Below the pieces are notes generated by a model that saw only the letters and a program-made list of their open reading frames with translations, was not told the DNA's origin and did not search any database. From the NCBI RefSeq assembly GCF_006345805.1, contig NC_043005.1, forward strand, positions 31,000,001 to 31,064,000: 64,000 nt of DNA, written 5' to 3'. Source of the stretch: Octopus sinensis (taxonomy: Eukaryota). Both the position numbers and the translations under genes were made by a program. This document shows, piece by piece, positions 50,467-62,241 of the stretch. Numbering within the stretch: position 1 is the stretch's first letter; the number at the start of each line of letters is the position of its first letter.

Positions 50467-53400
50467 TTGGGTCATCCCATAAATAATGTGATTTTGTAAT
50501 ACTTCTTTTATTTTTCAAAATTAAGATAAACAAAGTTCTTTTTTAATCTAAATGTACTCTCCTTCATTTTCTACAACACTCTTCCATCTATCCGGTAGAT
50601 CTGTAAGGCCCCTCTTCTAAAATTCATTTGTCCATGATGGAAAATACTCCTCCAGACCTCATCTACAGAATTCATATTTTTTCTGTCCAAATGATTTTGA
50701 AGACTGCAGAATAAATGATAATCAGATGGGGCAATGTCCAGCAAATATGGTGGGTGGGACATCCTTTCCCATTCAAACTACTCCAGCCTTTAGAATGTCA
50801 TCCTCGCTGCATGCAGCTGATCATTATCCTGATGGAAGAACACCTTTCGTCTTGAAACCAAAGATGGTCTTTTTCTTCTAGTGCTGGCATTGATGAATGG
50901 TTGAATGATCAAATACAAGCTTCTCTGCTAGTTCCTCAACAGTTATGATGAGATTTTGTTCCACCAGGGTTTGCAGGACATCCTCATTGACCTTCCAGGA
51001 CAAGGCTCATCTTCAGAATTTCTGGAACCACTGTTGACAATGGCTTACACTTATTATCTGATTTCCAAATACTTCTTTAACCCTTTAGAGTTTAGATTAA
51101 TTTGTCAAATGTAATGCTTATCTGTTCACATTAATTTTGATTTATTCAGGTTCAAGTGGGGTGTCCACAATATTTGCTTGTAACTTTGTTCATTTTCTAC
51201 ATACAGAGTTGAAATTTTGCAAATGGGTGCTTATATGTCAGTGATTTATAGTTACGTAATTTTAGCAGATGTTTCTGATTAAATTTGACTTTTATGGGCA
51301 GGTAAATTTAATTAACAGGTGTAAAAACAATAACATTATGAATAAACACTAAAATTCATATTCTTAATAAATCTTACCTGTTTGATTTGTTACTAAAATT
51401 ATCCCAGATGTCAACCACCAACAATTTTACATTTTTCAAGATGAGATACATTAATTTGAATTAATTAAAATATAGGTGTAATCAGTACAAAATTTTATTC
51501 TTTTTCTATATTTCATTCAAATGTTTTCATTGAAAATAAAGTACAAAACTCTTTTACTAATCAATATATCATTGGCTATGTACTCTTACACAATTTAACA
51601 AATTCATTTACATAACAGAATGTATCTAATAAAAAAATCTCATTAACAGGTGAGACAAAGGTGAATACAGGTGTATAACATACTGAAAATTAATATGTAT
51701 TTCTCACTTTCACATATTATTTATAATAAAACGAAAAGGAATATACAAAATAATATAGTTATGACATATTTCTGTCATGAAACTGCCCAAAGCACCCGTT
51801 ACACAAGGGCACTTTGCAAAAGGAACACATAAATGAAGTCTCAATCTGATACCCTTTTGCAGTTTTTCTTCCATTTATCTTTTTGACTTTATGAAAGTCA
51901 ATATTTTCTGTTGACATCCACCTCAGTTAATTTTGCTTTCTAGAAAAAAAGCCCTCACATAACTGAGATGCAATGTCAACCCAAAATTTCAAGTGGTCGT
52001 AGTCCTTTGGTGGCGGAGGTAACTTGTGGCTTTTTACATATACAATATATCAATTTACTATAGTTAAATTAACTAAAAACCACAAAAAGTACCTCCACCA
52101 TTTCTTCCCAGGTCGACCAACTGGGTAATATGCCTGATATTGGTTGGATTTAAACAAAAATTCATTAGGGGTTTCCCCTCAGTGCCAACACCAGGTTGTT
52201 CATTAGAAGACAGAAATAAAATCTGTCTTTTGTCTTTGAAAGCAGTAGCTAATAAATTTTCATTTTGCATTTGTAAAATGCCCCCACTTTTTAAAATTTT
52301 GTTTTCATTTCATGGGGTAAACCTTTACGGTTTTCCACCACTGATGGAAAAAAAATAGTCAAAATAGAGGTGTCGGTGCTGATGGTGAAATGGTTCAGTA
52401 AGAGACCATACCACATCATGTCCTAATCCATATGGTCTGTTTCCATTATATTTTTTACCTGTGTAAACATCAAAGTTTACACAATACCCAGTCTCTGATT
52501 CACAAACTTCCCATACTTTGATCCCCCATTTAGTAAGTTTGGCAGGCATGTACTGCCGAAAATGTACTCTGCCCTTATAGCCTATCATGGCTTCATCTAC
52601 ACTGAGATTTTTCCCAGGTAGATACACAGTTTTATAATCATTAACAAGTAAATCAATTACAGGACGTACTTTGGGTTGTTTTTGCCGGAGGCATTAGCAG
52701 AATCAGTTAAATGTAAATACTAAGATATTTTCGAATACCTCATCTTCGACATTATACTTGAGATATATGGATCACCATACCTTATATGAGGACTCCAGTA
52801 GTTCCACAGTCAAGGAAGCTGTTTAACACCAAACATAATATTAATTGTGAAAAACACTCTCATTTCTGCAGTGTAAGTTGGCTGCCATAGTGGATCGTTT
52901 CTTCCACAAATAGAAATTAAACATTGGGCATATTTGTTTGCTTCCTCCACAACATTTTCAAAAAACTTTCTGGTAAAAATAAAAATAGATAGTCCAATGG
53001 TTGAGCATCAGGAGGTAAATTGTGTTGTGGACCAGTGTTTTCTGTGAAATCAGGAATAGTGATTGGTGTTGTAATCTTTGACCACGATATTATTTTCATC
53101 ACTTTCATTCTCAAAATCTTCCTTGTCTGATGAATACTCATTAATATCGATATCAGATTCATCCAAAGACAAAATACTCTTGTTTTCATTTATATTTTCT
53201 ATATCATCAAGAGTAAAATTTTCAAAGTCAGAATCGCTACTTGCTGATGCCATTTTTTAAAAACTAAGGTACAGACTTCTCTTCAAATGTTGAAAAAACC
53301 ACGTGGGCTAAACAATTTCACAATATTTATACTTGCATTATTCATCTCGCATTATCTCAAAGCTATGAGAATTCAAAAACGTGATTTGTTTATTTTTTTA

Positions 53401-53746
53401 GCGATTTTGTAGAGCAGTCGGATATGGATGGCTTGAACAAATAAAGGGGAATTAATTTTGGCCGGCTACAGCTGGTTTGAACACTAAAGGGTTGATATTC
53501 CTTGCACTTTCCATTGCATTGTTGCCATTAAGCAAAATATGCCGAATATACTCCTTTGTCACTCCATTATAACTTTGAAAAAATAACTGTTATAATCGAA
53601 CTGCATTCTTCAAAACTTGCACTAAGAATAAGTACAAGTTAATATTACCACCTGCTTTTATAGCAAGTTGATGCAGATAGTTTATCCTGTCCCTCTCCAA
53701 CTTTTCATGCAACTGAAAAAACCGCATTATCTATGGGATGACCCAA
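50467..53746 (-). mobile_element. Mariner element (TA TSD, TIRs) interrupted by piggyBac
   Basis: TIR TTGGGTCATCCCATA(A/G)ATAATG at both ends, flanked by TA. HPPYLLDIAPSDYHLF motif. The N-terminal frame rejoins across the piggyBac (RNI|KEVFG). Confidence 0.87.
51081..53491 (-). mobile_element. piggyBac (PGBD4-like) transposon, decayed
   Basis: TTAA|CCCTTTAG...CTAAAGGG|TTGA. Acidic N-terminus, SVDEAMIGYKGR...KWGIK...YFDYFFS, and C-terminal CSFC...LC..CF..FH. Confidence 0.9.
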
Positions 53747-54449
53747 TATTTGTAAACAACTGTTTTGTTGAAATTGAGTGTACGATAATTTAACTTGATT
53801 AATATAACTTAATTTCGATGAACTAAAATTTCTTGTGATAAAAGCATGCCACAGAATGTACAACATATTCCAATATTTTTGAGCAACAATGCTGGTTTCA
53901 TACTTTTTAGGGTTTATTATAACAGTCTATAACCCTTTTGAGCATGCACATTTTTCAATTCTAGTTTCATACTTTTTAAGGCAACGCTTGTAATACTTTA
54001 TATATGTACCATATTTCTCCTAATGGTGTAGCAGCCTCTAATAAACTGACACCTGAACACTGATCAATTGAAATAGTGAGACTGTCACAATATTAAAAAA
54101 TGTACAATAAAATCGATAACAATTGTCATATTTGTTTATTATCATACGGAGAGATAAAATGCTTACAAGAATCTGATCAAGTGACATGACTTTCCAATAT
54201 TATAACAACAATCGTCATAGAAGCTGCAAACCTCATAAAAGTCAAAACAATGGCAAGACCAGATTCGTATTATCCTAACAAATTCAGAAATGTGTTTAAG
54301 CTATTCAAATAAAGCACTATATAGAGATAAAAAGTTAATCTCGCCACCTCTGTCACATTTCCTGTCTGAATGTCAAGTCCTTCATCAAATAATGCTTGTT
54401 GCTTTATATCGGCCATGAAAATTAATTTCATTTCAATTTAATTTGATTT

Positions 54450-57400
54450 TTCCAAGAACAACATGTAGTTTAGACGGGAAAGCTATACACTGCTTGGAAA
54501 AGACAGCATTGTCAATGATGACCCATTTGTCCAGGTTGCAAATGATGCTGGTGTAGTGGCCAGAGTCTGCACTAGCCAATATGTGCAACACTGAACCAAT
54601 CAATCAGATTCTCTGGCCATAAATATTCTACTTATGAGAATAATTCATCAACTCCGAATTAATCCTGACCATCTGATTGTCTATATATTTGAATCTGTTC
54701 AAATAAACAACCAGGTAACACATAGCTTTTGGGAACACATGGCTCACGATACCAGTGTGCCACACAGACTGATAATTGAAGCCTCATTTTTGAGCAAGCA
54801 CTTGTGTACATGAACATCTGTTTAACATTTTCAGGCATCAAATGATAAATGTACTTCCAAAAATCCTGCACACACTGCTGAGTACCATCTTTAAACCTGC
54901 CACTGATATTTCTCAAGTTGGCTACCGATTTAGTTCCAGATGAAGATGTGAATTTCACAAATGACAATATCATTACTGGACTGCATGTCTTTGGCCAACA
55001 AAGGCAGCTGGCAGATAACCTGTATCGTGTTCTTCACAAAACAAGCATTTCTCTTGTTGATCAGCAAAATGTAGGCTTTGCAACCACATTGTCAAATCCA
55101 ACCTTTTTCAATTTCAGCAAGTTGATGATTTCACTGTCCATATTGATGGCAACTTTACTCTTCTTAGCCATCTTTTTAGCCAGTTTAATAATTTTAGGCC
55201 TCATGTTACACAATGGAAGTGGCTCCATATCAATGTGCTCTCTCAAATAGTTATATTCTTTCCAAGTGCTGAAATCACACATGATCAAATTCAATGGCTC
55301 AAGATCAATCAAGTGAACATTGCACAGTTTGCGAGCCCTGGATAAGGACACAAGCCATACCGTCGGAGAAAATGCCATTACTCAAATCAACAATGACACC
55401 ATTGACACTTATTCCCTGTGATTTGTGGATAGAAATTGCATATGCAATACACAAGGGAAATTGATCTCTAGTGATGAACACACAAGGTAACAATTTGTAA
55501 AAAAGGCGTTGACAGTTTTGACGGAAAAAACTTTGTTTAAACTATAAAAAAAAATGCCAATGGAAGTAATCTTTCCAAATTCGTAGTTGTGTTTCTTGAC
55601 AGTTCCCATTGCATCATTGCACAAACTACTGTCCACATCCATGTTGTGCTTAAGCATTATTCAAACATTAATGCCAGCTTTAAGGATGCTTTCAAGACCA
55701 GCAGTATCAGATGATTTTTTTCACCTTGGAGGTCAACTTCTTGCTTTTAGTTTTCTTTTTCTGACCTTTGATTTGCCATATACTGGAATCAACAGCCGCA
55801 ATCTCGACAGTACTAATGCCAAGTTTATCAAGCATAACATTGTTAAGCTCCAATACTGACTCGTTCAGAGGCATAATACAAACAATACTGAAATCAGTTG
55901 TCTGAGTCAGCTCACACATTTTGTAAGCAACCTGTTCAAGAGAAGCTTCGCTGTTGGGTTCAATTCTAAGCTCATTAAGAACTTGGATGTCAGAGTCAAG
56001 TGGTGAACCCAATTTGATTCGGCCAAGCATGTTTGTATAATTCTCCATATTGTCTTTCAGATGCATGTTAACTGTCAACTCATCATAGTCAAAGAATCTC
56101 CACAAGTGGTGGCTGCTAATGTCTAAGCACGCTCTTTGGGTATCGTGGTGACTGATTCTTTTAAACACCATTTAACAGGTGGTAATTGAAATAAATCACC
56201 AAAGACAACCACGTTTATGTGTCTGAAAGGCGAACTCTGTCGTATAGATTCAAACAGTTGGCACAATCTCAAGTGAATAAAAGCCAGCTGTGACAGACCA
56301 TGCAAACCACATCAATTATAATCAGTCTCATATACTGAAGCATCATCCACAACAGTTTTAGATTGTCTTCTGATAGTTCCTCATACACAGGAGTTATGAC
56401 ATGCTGCACTTTGAGTTTTAGCAATCAATAAACAGTCGTTCTATTTAGTTGGAAAGCAGCCATTCCTGTTGGTACTCGAGCCATTGTCATTTGGGTACTG
56501 AATTTTATCGGCCAGTGCATTTATCAAAAAAACTTTTGTCCATGCCACCAACACCAGAAACAAATTTCAAAACTTGTGCGTAGTCATCACAATGACATCG
56601 CAGATAAGGTCTGTTGTTGTCCCAGTGATTGTTTTGGCTCAAACTTTAATCACATGACCACAATAGTACCAACTATAAGCACACATGCACAGAAGGCATC
56701 CAAAAATTCATGCAGATCCGGCCAAAAGTACTGCACAAGACAAAGTTAGGAACAAGTGGGCCAGGCAATATTTTTCGTCTATAGCCATCAAGTCTGAACA
56801 TTTTGTAGACCAAAATTGTTTGGAAACACAGACATTGGCTATCATCATATTCAACCTTCCCTCTAGTTGCCTGTCATTATCATCAAGCTGCCTTTTAAAA
56901 CTTGCTTATAGTCATGTGGTTGTTTTTGGTGGTCTTCATAATGGCATATATACTAGATTCAATACCTCACCTATCAGCCTTATCAACAGAAAACATAAGA
57001 TATTGTATATCTTGCCAAAATCTAGAGTCTGTATGATTCTGTCTGTTTCTCAGCAACATGTAAGGTTTTACAGAGCTGAACGGTCAGTTATCCATGGACA
57101 TGCCAAATTGACCAGTTTAGTCACTTGCTCAGCACTTATGTTTGTGTCCTTCATTCCAAAATAATAAAAACTTTAAAATTAAGCAGGACAAAAAAGTGAT
57201 AAACAATTGCAATTTTGAAAAACATTTTATTTGTAGAATTATAATATCTGGTATTTAAAGTGGAGAAGTACACGCGCACACACACACACACACATATATT
57301 GATTTTGAACTGGTACCCAAAAGAAGATGTTTTATAAGTTTTGGAGGCTCAATTATTGGTAAATGGACTTTACCTTTAGAACAAAACATACCTAATGATT

Positions 57401-58280
57401 CTTTGTCCCACTTTCTAGCACCACACTTTTCACATGTTTTGCATATAGAGCCCAGGGAGACAATTTTTTCAGATGCATAATTACAATTAGGATCATAATT
57501 GAATGCTACCTACTGATTTTCTCTGGAAAGCTTTCACCATTTTAGTTGTATTTTTCAGTTGCTTTCACTTTCTTGTTTTCTATTTATTCTACCTTTTTCT
57601 CTCCATTTTTTTGCAATCATATTACTTCATCTTTTTTACTTTCTTGTACTTTTTTTTATTTCTATAATTTTCTTTCTTTCTCTCCAATCTTATTTCCCTA
57701 TCTTTATCATCACCTTGTTCTCTTGTCCTCATCTTATATTTCCTCATTTTTTGCAACCTAACTTTCCAATGGTTTTTACTTTCTTCTACAATTTTCATAT
57801 AAAGTGCTTGAATTCTCATTCTTTAGTCTTTTTTTACTGTGATGTGATATTTTATTTTCTTCTACATTTCTTTCATGCTCATGATTATTTATGGCAGAGC
57901 ATCATAGTGGCCGTTGTCAAATTTGCCACTATATAACACTGAAATCTTCTTTTCTGTAAATGTTCAACCAAAAAACGGTGAACAGAGGAAGAATAATTTC
58001 ACCCTCATTTTTATGATGAACCTGAATTGCAACATTGTACAATTCATTAATGGCAGCTAATTCAACATTACCACCATATGTTCCATCCTTAATCATGTAT
58101 GCTTGATGTTCCTGCATTGTACTATTTGGAATAAAAGAATGAAGATACTTCCAATTATTGTATATGTATCATACAAACTCTTCCCAAAGAGTTTGATAAT
58201 TTCTGTTGTTTTTGAGCTAGAGTGAAACATCTCTGAACATACAGTTACCATCACCCATGACTTTATTAAAGGGATGAATT
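54450..58280 (-). mobile_element. Decayed Helitron/Helentron-like element: OTU - Zn finger - Helitron-N - PIF1 helicase - USP(C19)-like domain
   Basis: VMGDGNCMFR (Cys at 58243), YGGNVELAA, CEKCGARKW..E...SKGKV, FLTLSCA/YFWPDL, Walker A-like GVGGMDKSF, FGDLFQLPPV, IHKSQG, LINKRNACFV..NTIQ (Cys at 55043), SGHYTS...WVIIDN (54561). Confidence 0.78.
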
Positions 58281-58704
58281 AATAAATTAATGTAATTGTT
58301 GAATATTTTTCAATAAATTCAATAAGGGACTTCACCTTCAGTTTAAAATTTAGATGGTTTTGTGAACAGAATGTGACAGAAAAATACAACACCAAAAGGG
58401 ATAAGATACTAAATGATAGCAATTTCTCCTTCAGAAATCTGTCTTTCTAACTTTGAGATGGATAAATGAGTGATTATAATTTTGTAAATAATAAAAACAA
58501 ATTTAATAAGGTACTTCACCTTCAATGTTGACTTCAAACATCATCCTCGTGAAAAGAAAATTGATTTGACTCTGAGCATTTAACAGACAATAACTTCATT
58601 ATCATCTGTTCATAAATGGAAAAAAAGAAAACTTTGGTTATTTCCAGATAATTTCAGTTTAAACGTTGTCAAATACTTGTCTATAGATTTGTGAATGTGT
58701 ATAT

Positions 58705-58770
58705 TACAGAGAGAGAGACAGACAGACAGACAGAGAGCGAGAAACAGAGAGAAGAATGCGAGCGAGATAG
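58705..58770. repeat. (GA)n/(GACA)n microsatellite
   Basis: gagagagagacagacagacagacagagagc. Confidence 0.8.
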
Positions 58771-59428
58771 AAAGAGACTGAAAACGCACGCAGGTGTATC
58801 TCTGAATGACAACTATATTAACATTACTATCCCACTGCCACTCCATATTTGTTGCTTATACAACTCTATCCTCCACTTCCCTGATATCAGTTACACTCCG
58901 TGCCACTGTTTTCCCTTACACTATTGCTAAGGATGACGAAAATGATACCACAAAATTCTCCATCAAAGACAGCTACATGCCAAACTAAAACAATCACTCA
59001 TTGGTTGATTGAATTGAAAATTAACCAATAAAATGTTATCATCATGCAAACCTTAACGGCCCCCTTACACTTTTATAGGTAAGCTAGGCGTATATTGTCA
59101 GGACACAGTGAGATTTGACTATAGCATTTTGTTGTCAGTCACTGCATGCTTGACAGATGGAATAATATAACTATTGGCTTACTCTAATTTATTTACTTCT
59201 GTAAAACTAAGTAAAATTCTGATACTTCTTTCATTTATATTTTATTATCTTTTTATCTAAGAAACAATATAGTTTTTAATAATAGTAGCTTTACGCATTT
59301 GTTTATTTGATTTACGGCGGTATTTCCTCTGATAAACTAAATTTGTGTTTTTTACTTGTTATTTACTTAGTATATTGTTTATATTAGTATGAATAAATAA
59401 ATAAATACGAATAACTATTATATATTAT

Positions 59429-59940
59429 ACTAGCAGTATCGCCCGGCGTTGCTCGGGTTTGTAAGGGAAATAACTATATAAGCATTTTTAGAGAGTTACT
59501 TCCCTTATAGATGCCAATTCGGGCTTTCTTAGCCATTTCTGTTTTGGTGTCTTCAAGCCATGAAGTCGTTCTAAAAGAACGCTGGTCTCCTTGACAACGC
59601 TTTATGACGTTGATTTCCTTACACTCCCGTCCCCACAGCTTCAGAAGGGAGGGAAGAAGGGGGAGAAGCAAACAGGTGCAGGTGTGACCATGGACGCCAA
59701 CTCCGCCGCCATCGACACACGAAAAATTATGCATTAAAATGGAATAAAAAAATGATGTTAAATTATTTTTAAAATCGTAGACTCATCATAGACGCGCGCT
59801 CATACCCGGACGGGCTCGATATGAATCACGACTATAAGATACCCGAATTTGGTTAAACTGCACCGCAAAATGTGGGAGTAGTTAGGAATCTAAATCGAAG
59901 GGGACAGACACTCACACAACTACAGTTTTATATATATAGA
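59429..59940 (+). mobile_element. Non-autonomous Helitron-like (Lep1-style) short element
   Basis: Starts ACTAGCAGTATCGCCCGGCGTTGCTCGGG and ends ggacagacactcacac...ttttatatatatagat. Confidence 0.55.
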
Positions 59941-60941
59941 TATAATTATATATCTTTTTGAATAATTATGCATATATGAATATTTTTTGTAGTACCTATA
60001 ATATTTAGTAGATATAATCATTGTTTTTTTTTTAACTTGTATACACATACAAATTTATAGAATAAAAATATTGGATTACCTTAATTTATTTCCTTCTGTA
60101 AAACTAAGTAAAATTCTGATACTTAATTTACATATATATAATTATCATTATTATGTAAGAAATGGTATAGTTTATAATAATCGTAACTTTATACACTTGT
60201 TTAACATTGGCGTATTTGGTAATAATTTTTGAATGAATGTATTATTGATTAAGAATTTTTTAATGAATTTAGTGTCTGAATTAAATATATCCTTATTTAT
60301 TTATCATTTTTCATCATAATATATAGTAATTTTAAATAGAGTGTATTTCCAACTCTACCATAATTTTTTAATATAGTACATATAATATAGGTATAAATAT
60401 TATATAATAAGATGGCCAGTGATTATTTTCAATTAACATTATTGGAGATCCATGACTGTTGTAAATTTTCTTTACTTAGTTATTTTATCCATTTTGAAGA
60501 TAACCCTGAAACTCCAATGCTCATGCTTATAGACAAAAGTATATTTTGTATCAGTCAATTTTATAATTTAGGAATCCTTGCTTGGAATTTTTGTCTGTTT
60601 CTTTTAACAAATGCCCTGAGGAGACTTATGTGCATAAATGTGATTTTTTTAATAAATTCACAAGTAGATATGAGTTGAAACAAATTGTTGGTTTTATATT
60701 TGTTTCAATTATTTGTTATATTATGTTATATGATATTATACTATGTATTCTTATATTATATTATATTATATTATATTATAATGCAAATAAATTTTTGTAT
60801 ATTGAAATTATACTCTTTCATTTCTGGAATTCAACTGAGGTACCAGTGAAAATTGGATGTTTACCATCCCTTTGAAGGAATTGTTTTATGTTTCGCTTGA
60901 TTTAGAATTATATATATATTAAATACATATATTATATATTT

Positions 60942-61305
60942 AAAAACACCATCCAAGCGTGGCCGTTCGCCAGCCTCATCTGGCACCTGTGTCGGTGGCA
61001 CATAAAAAACACCATCCGAGCGTGGCCGTCTGCCAGCCTCGTCTGGCACCTGTGTCGGTGGCACATAAAAAACCACCATCTGAGCGTGGCCGTTCGCCAG
61101 CCTTGTCTGGCACCTGTGTCGGTGGCACATAAAATCACCCACTACACTCTCGGAGTGGTTGGCGTTAGGAAGGGCATCCAGCTGTAGAAACACTGCCAGA
61201 TCTGACTGGCCTGGTGCAGCCTTCGGGCTCCCCAGACCCCAGTTGAACCGTCCAACCCATGCTAGCATGGAAAGCGGACGTTAAACGATGATGATGATGA
61301 TGATA
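60942..61305 (+). mobile_element. RTE-family 3'-end/SINE copy with three ~62-bp tandem subrepeats
   Basis: Same tail as 36880-37030 (ggaagggcatccagctgtagaaac...gttaaacgatgatgat). Confidence 0.75.
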
Positions 61306-61317
61306 TATATATATATA

Positions 61318-61825
61318 TCATCATCATTTAACGTCCGCTTTCCATGCTAGCATGGGTTGGACGATTTGACCGAGGACTGGAGAACCAGATGGCTGCGCCA
61401 GGCTCCAATCTGATCTGGCAGAGTTTCTACAGCTGGATGCCCTTCCTAACGCTAACCACTCCAAGAGTGTAGTGGGTGCTTTTACATGCCACTGGCACAA
61501 CGGCCACACTCGAAATGGTGTTTTATACGTGCCACCTGCACAGGAATCAGTCCAGTGGCACTAGCAACAACCTCGCTTGAATGTTTTGTTCATGTGCCAC
61601 CAGCACAAGTGCCAGTAAGGTGACGCTGGTAACGATCACACTCAAATGGTGGTTTTGACATGCCACCGGCACGGAAGCCAGACAGCTACTCTGGCAGTGA
61701 TCCCGCTCGGATGGAGCTGTTATCGCTCCACTGGCACGGGTGCCAGTCATCGAATTTGGTTCAATTTCGATTTCACTTGCCCCAACAGGTCTTTGCAAGC
61801 AGTTTTGTGTCCAAAGAAGGAAAGG
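61318..61825 (-). mobile_element. RTE-family 3'-end/SINE copy, tail-to-tail with the previous copy
   Basis: atcatcatcatttaacgtccgctttccatgctagcatgggttggacg, flanked by (TA)n on both sides. Confidence 0.75.
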
Positions 61826-61869
61826 TATATATATATATACACACACAAATATTCTTTTATTCTTTAATT

Positions 61870-62062
61870 TGAATCAGTCATTTGACAGCATCCATGCTGG
61901 AGCACTGCCTTAAGTCCAACAAATCAACCCCAGGATTTATTCTTTGTAAACCTAATATTTATTCTATCGGTATCATCATTCCCAAACCGTTTACTTATAG
62001 GGACGTAACTACACCAACATTGGTCAAGCGATAGTGAGGGAACAAACACAGACACACAAACA
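61870..62062 (+). mobile_element. SINE-like repeat (family A) followed by (TA)n
   Basis: cagtcatttgacagcatccatgctggagcactgcc...caagcgatagtgagggaacaaacacagacacac. Confidence 0.65.
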
Positions 62063-62072
62063 TATATATAAA

Positions 62073-62119
<47 letters not shown>

Positions 62120-62241
62120 ATATATACACATATATATATACATATAAATATATGAGTAATTGAATGAATTATCTTATTAAGGATAATTCGAAAGATAACC
62201 GATACCTGGGTAGCAAATTCACATCAGAAAGAACACGGTTG

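Noticed and set aside
57546-57936. Hydrophobic F/L-rich plus-strand ORFs resembling membrane proteins
   Set aside because: Antisense of a Lys/Arg-rich low-complexity stretch in the Helitron relic.
60942-61135. CRISPR-like periodic repeats (also the 84-bp zinc-finger and 69-bp Helitron periods)
   Set aside because: Eukaryotic context, no unique spacers and no cas genes; explained by SINE subrepeats or coding repeats.
62170-62235. Minus-strand counterpart of the 63.6-kb hammerhead (CTGATGTG...TTCGAATTA)
   Set aside because: Core A9 is mutated, similarity ends within stem II, and there is no stem III or GUC.
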